Below are positions 38,391 through 44,740 of a stretch of 44,740 nt of DNA, in pieces. Origin of the DNA: a virus (lineage: Duplodnaviria > Caudoviricetes); the IMG/VR virus record IMGVR_UViG_3300049043_000054, positions 1-44,740 of that record; one strand, given 5' to 3'. Position numbers and translations under genes: made by a program. Under the pieces are notes generated by a model, which worked only from the letters and a program-made list of their open reading frames with translations, was not told where the DNA came from and made no database searches. Each line of letters begins with the position of its first letter. Position 1 is the first letter of the stretch.

Positions 38391-38805
38391 ACTTCTTCAA
38401 AGCCTCACCAAAGATGTGCTCGAATGTTGGCACGTCGAACAATATCTTAGGCGGTGTATTCTTGTGAACCTTTGCCATGTTTTCCTCTACATTCTCAGGT
38501 CCATACCAATCAGAGTACAGATTGCGAACCCATTCCTCTTTAACAACAGTCCATCGGCCTGTCATTTTGCATTGGAATTGCAGTTCATATCCATCAGCAT
38601 GTGGCGATACCTCAACACACGTGATACCTTGTTTCATCTTGCCTTCGCAATCAGTGCAAGGCTCAGGGCTGAACACAGCACGGCGAGGAAGCTGCTCACT
38701 ATCCTTAGTGATAAGCTTCTTGCCAATGATAATGCCAGCCTCTTTACTGCACCACATGCACACACTCAGTGCGACGTTCATGCGTGGTTCATTTCCATGT
38801 CTCAT
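38377..38805 (-). CDS. Putative zinc-binding protein
   Basis: CMWC and CTDC pairs; GGGGGAG RBS, ATGA coupling. Confidence 0.7.
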   Translation of the reverse strand: MRHGNEPRMNVALSVCMWCSKEAGIIIGKKLITKDSEQLPRRAVFSPEPCTDCEGKMKQGITCVEVSPHADGYELQFQCKMTGRWTVVKEEWVRNLYSDWYGPENVEENMAKVHKNTPPKILFDVPTFEHIFGEALKKYEQE

Positions 38806-39008
38806 TGTAAGTCTCCCCCTAACCAGATGGATGAAGTGTTGACAGATGATGCAGGCACACCATGCTGATCAGCGAAGCGCTCGATCAAGCGGGTGATTTC
38901 CCTATACACATCATACTTGTTCTCATGCTTGATGGTGTGCGATGCGGTTGCAAACTGCCCATGCCTAGCATGTCGTAGTGTGTATATGGTTAGCTGCACT
39001 GTGATCAT
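38802..39008 (-). CDS. Hypothetical protein; N-terminus paralogous to 39484-39699
   Basis: MITVQLTIYTLRHARHGQF vs MITVHITLYTLRHARQGEF. Confidence 0.7.
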   Translation of the reverse strand: MITVQLTIYTLRHARHGQFATASHTIKHENKYDVYREITRLIERFADQHGVPASSVNTSSIWLGGDLQ

Positions 39009-39433
39009 TGCTTGTCGCTGCCCTTCTGCCTGCGTATTATCTCGTCACGCAGACTTTCGTTGGCTAGATCGAACAGCATACTAGCTACAGTCTTTCGCAG
39101 CATTTCGCCCTCAGTGCGGAACGACATTACAATGTCAGTATCTGCAATGGTTGACATTACAGTGAGGGGAATGAGCCTGAACACAGGCACAGTGCCTAAG
39201 AATTGTTCCTTGACTGCTACCTTCTTCAGCCACACATACACTGCGAGACTAATAACTTGCATTGCTTCATCAGCATACATGATGATACCATGCTTACCTG
39301 AATAAGCAGCACGCCCTTCATCCATGTTGTATGCTGTGTTCATCCATGCAATGTAATCTGAGTTGGTTGCATGTTGTGGCATATCAAAATGCACACGAAA
39401 CATTGCAATGGTTCCTGGGATTTGAGCCATCAT
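39005..39433 (-). CDS. Hypothetical protein; distant paralog of 39696-40109
   Basis: GAAGGA RBS downstream of a promoter; alignable blocks with the neighbouring ORF. Confidence 0.7.
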   Translation of the reverse strand: MMAQIPGTIAMFRVHFDMPQHATNSDYIAWMNTAYNMDEGRAAYSGKHGIIMYADEAMQVISLAVYVWLKKVAVKEQFLGTVPVFRLIPLTVMSTIADTDIVMSFRTEGEMLRKTVASMLFDLANESLRDEIIRRQKGSDKQ

Positions 39434-39463
39434 CTTGCTTCCTTCTGTTCTGATGATATGACT

Positions 39464-39492
39464 ATTATACCATGGCCAATCTGCTATGTCAA
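39464..39492 (-). promoter_or_regulatory. Perfect sigma70 early promoter
   Basis: TTGACA-17-TATAAT with extended TG. Confidence 0.9.
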
Positions 39493-39699
39493 CCACGCAG
39501 GCACATTCAATGGTGCCATAGGTGTGCCTGATTGTGCAGAGATTGTTGCATAGTACTTGCACAATTCAGTAACAAACACATGCCTATGTTCCTTTGGTAC
39601 TATGCTGAGATAGGTCATAAGGAAGTTAGGATGTGTGAGAACAAACTCACCTTGTCGTGCATGACGCAAGGTGTATAGTGTGATGTGTACCGTAATCAT
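39484..39699 (-). CDS. Hypothetical chimeric small protein (71 aa)
   Basis: GAGG RBS, ATGA coupling; shares its N-terminus with 38802-39008 and its C-terminus with 40163-40393. Confidence 0.7.
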   Translation of the reverse strand: MITVHITLYTLRHARQGEFVLTHPNFLMTYLSIVPKEHRHVFVTELCKYYATISAQSGTPMAPLNVPAWLT

Positions 39700-40109
39700 T
39701 TGTTACGGCCTCGCATCAGCCTGTCAACAAGCATCCACGAGTATGTGTTAGCCATTTCTGACAATGCATCATAATTGTTTGGCGGTTCATCACCGAGAAA
39801 CACTTCTGGCTTGTTTGTGTTACGGAACATAGGCTCGACAGAGAACAGTAATGCTGGCGTTTCAGCGAAGTCTAAGTCCTTGTGCATTTTACGCCATGTG
39901 CGAGTGAGGCGAATAGTCGCTGCTTCGAGATAGTTAGCAGAGACAAGGAAGCCATACTCTAGCGTCAATGCAATGCGATCTGGCTCCATGTTTGCAGCCA
40001 ATTCGAGCAGCTTGAAATAGTTCTCTCTCGGCGTACCGATCTCAATGCTCTCACAACATACAATGCGAATACGAAAGATAGCAGTAAGCGATACATCTAC
40101 AGGTTCCAT
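39696..40109 (-). CDS. Hypothetical protein (137 aa)
   Basis: AAGGGAG RBS downstream of a promoter. Confidence 0.72.
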   Translation of the reverse strand: MEPVDVSLTAIFRIRIVCCESIEIGTPRENYFKLLELAANMEPDRIALTLEYGFLVSANYLEAATIRLTRTWRKMHKDLDFAETPALLFSVEPMFRNTNKPEVFLGDEPPNNYDALSEMANTYSWMLVDRLMRGRNK

Positions 40110-40142
40110 CGTCTTGCTCCCTTCTGTTACGATGATACAATA

Positions 40143-40171
40143 ATTATACCACAGCTATTTGGCTATGTCAA
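40143..40171 (-). promoter_or_regulatory. Perfect sigma70 early promoter
   Basis: TTGACA-17-TATAAT with extended TG. Confidence 0.9.
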
Positions 40172-40393
40172 CCATGCTGGGATATTAAGCGGCGCCATTG
40201 GCATACCAGATTGTGCTGATACTGTGTAGTAAAACTTACGCAGTTCATTCACAATGATGCGCCTCTGCTCAGCATCATCAGTCAGTGTATTGATGAACGT
40301 CACTAACTGCGATGGATGTGTTAGTATGTATTCAGCTAACGATCCTGCTGCAATGGCTTCGAGCAGTGGCACAGTTGCGTAATCATTCTGCAT
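40163..40393 (-). CDS. Hypothetical protein (76 aa)
   Basis: AGGAG RBS before ATG 40393; ends SAQSGMPMAPLNIPAWLT. Confidence 0.7.
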   Translation of the reverse strand: MQNDYATVPLLEAIAAGSLAEYILTHPSQLVTFINTLTDDAEQRRIIVNELRKFYYTVSAQSGMPMAPLNIPAWLT

Positions 40394-40574
40394 TGTATAG
40401 TACTCCTGATGATGAATAGAGAAGGACGTTGCCAATAACAAACACAACAATAGCTACGAATAAGATAATCCACATCTTACGACGCAGCTTCTTCTGTTGC
40501 GCTTGTATCTCTTGCCATTGCTGATCAATGTGCTCACGCGCAATGCGCAGCTGTTCATCTACGTTGTTTATCAT
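40383..40574 (-). CDS. Small membrane protein (coiled coil plus C-terminal TM)
   Basis: KKLRRKMWIILFVAIVVFVIGNVLLY. Confidence 0.7.
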   Translation of the reverse strand: MINNVDEQLRIAREHIDQQWQEIQAQQKKLRRKMWIILFVAIVVFVIGNVLLYSSSGVLYNAE

Positions 40575-40758
40575 TAGCTTGTTTCCTTGCTTCCAAAGCT
40601 TCTAACATAAGTATCCGCACCATTGCGGATAGATTGATCTCTGAGCGACTAGCAAGTATGCATACATCATAGTACACATCATGTGACAGCCGCATATCCA
40701 CACGATAAGTAAGCTTCTGCTTCTTCTTCCTTCTAACACGCTCTATAAACGTGTTCAT
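40555..40758 (-). CDS. Putative ribbon-helix-helix protein
   Basis: RVDMRLSHDVY...A....INLSAMVRILMLEAL; AGGAG RBS before ATG 40758. Confidence 0.6.
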   Translation of the reverse strand: MNTFIERVRRKKKQKLTYRVDMRLSHDVYYDVCILASRSEINLSAMVRILMLEALEARKQANDKQRR

Positions 40759-41120
40759 TTGCTTATCTCCTTCACATTGGTTGCATGTTTGCGTACCCAC
40801 GCGAGTCGTTGCACATTAAGATGTGAACGTGCGCGTTGTTCTTCATCGTGATACTTAGTCAACAATCCAAAGGGATAAATCCCTTTGAGTTCTGGATAGC
40901 CATCATCTTCTGACAGTTCACGCATGAATTGTGCAGTCATTTCCTCATTTAACAGCTTGCGTTGTTCATTGACCACTAACAATCCTTCATACCTATTCAC
41001 ACAGAACCTATTTAATGCATGACATAAACCATAGCGTCTGCTATACGGTTTGTTGTCTGGCGCACCTACATCAAGCCATGCTTGATATGAGTTGTAAAAC
41101 TCTTGCAATTCAGGCGACAT
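40755..41120 (-). CDS. Hypothetical protein, paralog of 41120-41512
   Basis: W.DVG.P, GLC, PF, HLN..RLAW.R motifs shared. Confidence 0.75.
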   Translation of the reverse strand: MSPELQEFYNSYQAWLDVGAPDNKPYSRRYGLCHALNRFCVNRYEGLLVVNEQRKLLNEEMTAQFMRELSEDDGYPELKGIYPFGLLTKYHDEEQRARSHLNVQRLAWVRKHATNVKEISK

Positions 41121-41512
41121 TACACGTTCTCCTTCTCTAGCATTGCAGCTTTCTCACGTGCCCATGCTAAGCGCGCTTCGTTAAGGTGTATTGTGCCTTT
41201 TTCTCGTTCTTCCGCATATCCATATTCACCTTTGGAAAATGGAAATGATAAGCTGCCATAGCGGTTGTAAAACTCAGTAGTCATTACACCTATCGCAGCC
41301 GTGCGATCATCAAATGTGTAACCACTTTCCAACATCCAATACGTGAGGTTATCACATAATCCTGCACGTATGCTGAACATAATTTGCCCGTGTGGAACGC
41401 CTACATCCACCCATTCAAGCCATGCTTTGCAGAACAGTTTAATAGCTTTGTCTATACGCAAAGCATATTCACTGTCTTGCTTTTCAAGCAGTTCCAGATA
41501 TGCGTTTCTCAT
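41120..41512 (-). CDS. Hypothetical protein, paralog of 40755-41120
   Basis: AGGAG RBS before ATG 41512; shared motifs. Confidence 0.75.
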   Translation of the reverse strand: MRNAYLELLEKQDSEYALRIDKAIKLFCKAWLEWVDVGVPHGQIMFSIRAGLCDNLTYWMLESGYTFDDRTAAIGVMTTEFYNRYGSLSFPFSKGEYGYAEEREKGTIHLNEARLAWAREKAAMLEKENV

Positions 41513-41790
41513 GACACTTTCTCCTCGTACACATTGCATTGTTGTTCTGGCACACTCACACCTTCCCGTATGTGTGTATAGATAAGATCGCCAAATGCTA
41601 TTGTTCGATCATGGTGACTGTTATCGTTGTCGCAGAACGCCATGAACGGAGCAAGCGCGTGTGCTGTGCCCTTGTTTTGTGTAGCAAACTTACACGTCGC
41701 ACACTTGGTAGGTATGAGCCATGCAGCATTGCTTTGTTTCTTTGTCACAGATTTGCTTCCTTCTGCTAGATATTGTCCTATCATTGCCAT
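41509..41790 (-). CDS. Cys-containing hypothetical protein
   Basis: GAGGGA RBS; CATCKF...C...C. Confidence 0.65.
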   Translation of the reverse strand: MAMIGQYLAEGSKSVTKKQSNAAWLIPTKCATCKFATQNKGTAHALAPFMAFCDNDNSHHDRTIAFGDLIYTHIREGVSVPEQQCNVYEEKVS

Positions 41791-41831
41791 GCTTCCCTCT
41801 ATCTTCAACAGCACTGTGCTGATGATAATAG

Positions 41832-41860
41832 AATATAACATATATTAGGAATTAAGTCAA
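41832..41860 (-). promoter_or_regulatory. Sigma70 early promoter
   Basis: TTGACT-17-TATATT with extended TG. Confidence 0.8.
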
Positions 41861-41875
41861 ATTGGTGCTGCATAC

Positions 41876-41907
41876 AAAAAAAAACCTGACGCACAGTGTG
41901 CGCCAGG
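41876..41907 (-). terminator. Rho-independent terminator
   Basis: CCTGGCGCAC/GTGCGTCAGG stem followed by T9. Confidence 0.85.
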
Positions 41908-41929
41908 CGTAAATGTTCTTCGCTAATGT

Positions 41930-42157
41930 CTACGCAAGATGATCCCACCAGTCAGCGTCCACATCATCATCATGATGCACTTCCTCATGCACTGTAATGG
42001 TGACGCGAAAGATGCGAGCATGTGGTGTTGGCAAGCCTGCAATCCATTGTTTCGCATCTGCGAGTGATGCACCAATGCCTGACACCTGTTCAGCGTTAGG
42101 CATATCATCACGATTCTCTACACCCGTCGCCATGTACGCTTCGATTGTGTGGTTCAT
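41930..42157 (-). CDS. Hypothetical acidic protein (75 aa)
   Basis: AAGGAGG RBS; own promoter and terminator. Confidence 0.75.
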   Translation of the reverse strand: MNHTIEAYMATGVENRDDMPNAEQVSGIGASLADAKQWIAGLPTPHARIFRVTITVHEEVHHDDDVDADWWDHLA

Positions 42158-42185
42158 TTTTACTGCCTCCTTCGCAGCGATTATG

Positions 42186-42214
42186 ACTGTACCACGGGCA
42201 AATCCTTATGTCAA
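42186..42214 (-). promoter_or_regulatory. Sigma70 early promoter
   Basis: TTGACA-17-TACAGT with extended TG. Confidence 0.75.
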
Positions 42215-42274
42215 ATCGCATCGCGGATACCACTACTATAGCCTAAGCCGTGGCGCATTGCAATGGTGTAAGCA

Positions 42275-42320
42275 CAAAAAAGCCCGGCAATCTGCCGTAT
42301 TGGGCAGGATCACCGGGCTT
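42275..42320 (-). terminator. Rho-independent terminator
   Basis: AAGCCCGG...CCGGGCTT stem followed by a T-run. Confidence 0.75.
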
Positions 42321-42426
42321 GCTTGTTTGCTGCTAAGGCGTGATGATTAGCAGACCTATGAATAGTGCAACACATGTTATTGTTAGCAGTAATGCACCTG
42401 TTATACGCGCTGCTTTGCGTAGCATA

Positions 42427-42765
42427 TCACAGCCTTCCTTCGATTACATCTTCAAGGCCACGCATATTCTTACGCAGATTAACACGCACATTGCTAGCAG
42501 TCTCACCGCGCCAATGTGTCATGTTGTTCAGCACATACAGTAACTGTATGTGCATTTCCTTACAGTACTTTACTAACTCTTCACGAGTAAGATGAGGAGA
42601 CTTGTCATGTCGCTCATATATCTCAATGCCATACTTGGCATAGTTGACACAGTAGTTAAGCGCCTTGCTATGCTTACCGTGATCAACAATGCATTGCAGA
42701 CACTCAACAATGGTCATGTATGGCACAGCAGGATCAGGCTTCTTATGCCTGCGTGGTGTGTTCAT
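42427..42765 (-). CDS. Hypothetical protein (112 aa)
   Basis: AAGGAGG RBS; Q..Y.L.N...WRGETA..VR..L pattern. Confidence 0.78.
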   Translation of the reverse strand: MNTPRRHKKPDPAVPYMTIVECLQCIVDHGKHSKALNYCVNYAKYGIEIYERHDKSPHLTREELVKYCKEMHIQLLYVLNNMTHWRGETASNVRVNLRKNMRGLEDVIEGRL

Positions 42766-42798
42766 TGTGTTGTCCTCCTTCTACAAAACAACATAATA

Positions 42799-42827
42799 AA
42801 TATAGCATATAAAATGTGGTGTGTCAA
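42799..42827 (-). promoter_or_regulatory. Sigma70 early promoter
   Basis: TTGACA-17-TATATT with extended TG. Confidence 0.85.
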
Positions 42828-42975
42828 GTTACGCATGTGCATTGCATACAATCAGCGCATACCGTGTGTGTATTCATCATTGCATTGCGTGATGTGCAAT
42901 AAATACATTGCAATGTAGTAGCTGGTGCGATGATGCAATGATAATGATGTTAGCATAATGCAATGATATAGGCAC

Positions 42976-43007
42976 AAAAAAAGCCCAATGCGTTTTGCAT
43001 TGGGCTT
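42976..43007 (-). terminator. Rho-independent terminator
   Basis: AAGCCCAATGC/GCATTGGGCTT stem followed by a T-run. Confidence 0.85.
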
Positions 43008-43014
43008 GTCTTGG

Positions 43015-44227
43015 TTATGCGCTACGCTTTTGCGCCTGTTCTTCCGCTTGTTCCTTCAAAACGGCATCGCGTTCGATCAGGAAGGCATGGGCAAGGTTCG
43101 GATTGCGCCAGATAGCGTTAGCCAATTCTTGCCAATCTTCCATTACGGAAGGTGCATAGGTTGCCTTGCAATCGTCACGCATTGCGGCCTTGATCAAGAA
43201 ATCGCAGCAAGTACTGATGGTCTTGATATTGTCGGCAATCGGCACGGCTCCGGCTTGTTGCTGATTTACCGCACCCCCGGCTTACGTTGCTGGGGTTCCT
43301 TAATCGCATCTTGCGCTTGTTGCTTGGCGCTTGCTGCCTCACTTGCTGCCTCTTCTAAGGCTTGTTGCGCTTGTTGCGCTGCTGCGCTTGTTGTGGCGAT
43401 AGTTTCAGCATCGGCCCCAAGGGCTTTTGCTTTATCTGCCACCGCTTGCGCCGCGTTAGCATTGGCCAAGGCTTGCGCCGCTGCGTTTTCCTTTTCCTTC
43501 GCCTTCACATGCAAGGCTTGCGCTTGCCTATAGGCATCAAGCGCAACCTGCAAGCCTGTAGCATTAACTCCAATTTGAGCGAATGCTACATACTCAAAAG
43601 GGAAGGCTTTTCAGCATTCGCAGCAATTGCCCTGTTGCATTCCTTTTCATACAGGGCAAATCCATCAACGGTAAAGAATGCGATCTCATCCTTAGCCATT
43701 GTTGTTGTTGCACTGAGCATGCGCTTGTTAACATCATGCTCACCCAACAAGGCTTGCGCTTCACTTGGCGCAGCATTCCAGGGTAGGAACCATGAAGCGG
43801 GAATGCTCACCTTGCCCTTGTCATAGTCGGCAATGGCATCTTTGCCAGTCAATTCCTTGAAAAATGCCATTGCAAGGGCTGGGATGATGTCACGTTGTGC
43901 GGCATTGCGCTTGTTCCTGAAGTCGTTTCTAATTTCAGCTTCACGCGCCATATTGCCCTTAAACTTTGCAAGGGCTTTGCTTTCCGTAGCACTGTCAGCA
44001 TTGGCCCGCGCAACCATTGCACTAGCCAAGGCTTTTTTATCATCTTGGGAGAATCGCGCAGCATGAGGGAAAGGCTTTCCATCATTGCGCAAGATTTCGC
44101 CACCATTGACACATTCCCGCAAAGCAAGCGCCGAAAGTAGCAGATAGACGCTTGCCTTTCCCATGTGATCAGATGCGCGGTCATGCGCTTTTTGATACAC
44201 GGGCAGCATAGAGTTACCACTAACCAT
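43015..44227 (-). CDS. First early gene, Ala-rich helical protein (~404 aa), probably one ORF broken by two homopolymer under-calls
   Basis: Track ORFs 43586-44269, 43266-43553 and 43015-43245 join if one base is added at ~43603 (KPFPFEYVAFAQIG) and at 43274-43278 (KPGGAVNQQQAGAVP); AGGA RBS before ATG 44227. Confidence 0.65.
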
Positions 44228-44370
44228 TTCACTGTTTCCTTCTGATGATGCGCGATAACAGAACAACAAGCGCCACCATTGGCGATTGTCTTGCTATCTG
44301 ATGCGCTTTTTAAAGAACAATGTTAGGCAAGTAATCACATGACATATGGGACTAATCACCTAACAAAAAT

Positions 44371-44399
44371 AGCCTAGCACATGCTTAAAGCTATGTCAA
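44371..44399 (-). promoter_or_regulatory. Terminal sigma70 early promoter
   Basis: TTGACA-17-TAGGCT with extended TG. Confidence 0.65.
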
Positions 44400-44407
44400 A
44401 CATGCCA

Positions 44408-44492
<85 letters not shown>

Positions 44493-44547
44493 GCACTAGC
44501 AACGCATGGCATGACATAGGGCAGTAGGGTTCTAGGCATGGTTCTAG

Positions 44548-44718
44548 GCGCGCGCCCCACACCTAGCACGCATTCTGATTATTCCTTACACACATGACAC
44601 CCAACAACGTATCCTTAACGCAACGTATCAATTCAATGACCCCCACCTGGTACACGGGGGGCTACATGGCAATTCCAAAAAGGGGGGTGTTGTTGTTGGG
44701 CCTTGGAGTGTGGCCGAT
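44548..44718 (+). repeat. Right direct terminal repeat (171 bp)
   Basis: Matches 695-864. Confidence 0.97.
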
Positions 44719-44740
44719 AGCAATACGTAACTGAACGAAG
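44719..44740. other. Nanopore adapter (reverse complement)
   Basis: AGCAATACGTAACTGAACGAAG directly after the terminal repeat. Confidence 0.95.

Overview
The window looks like one long Oxford Nanopore molecule. Bases 1-694 are non-phage: a (GAGGT)n/G-rich junk tract, a short bacterial gene fragment and back-to-back ligation-adapter sequence. Bases 695-44718 are an apparently complete, linear ~44.0 kb podovirus-like phage genome bounded by ~170 bp direct terminal repeats and followed directly by another adapter. The + strand (1.2-24.3 kb) carries packaging, lysis and virion genes: TerS, head fibre, M15 endolysin, holin, TerL, portal, scaffold, MCP, tail adaptor/nozzle, tailspike, GNAT and ejection proteins. 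The - strand (44.3-24.3 kb) carries early genes in sigma70 promoter/terminator cassettes, a recombination trio (PD-(D/E)XK nuclease, Sak4-like ATPase, SSB-like protein), RecD-like helicase, dNMP kinase, MazG, HNH and a DUF3987-like ATPase. I see no integrase, RNA polymerase, ligase or primase. The most striking feature is the family A DNA polymerase. It has a degenerate UDG-like N-terminal domain and is split into two genes just before catalytic motif A, with two small translationally coupled ORFs between the halves. Its motif B is unusual (His at the E. coli 762 position, YR instead of YG), and it sits in an apparently primase-less replication module. Other points of interest are two multi-hairpin non-coding leaders, a diverged ~685 bp tandem duplication that conserves promoter/RBS junctions, a recurrent CATTGCAATG palindrome, and purine-pyrimidine tracts placed symmetrically inside the terminal repeats. 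Several genes are broken by single-base indels that are probably sequencing artefacts. All product calls come from motif recognition by eye; no database search was run.
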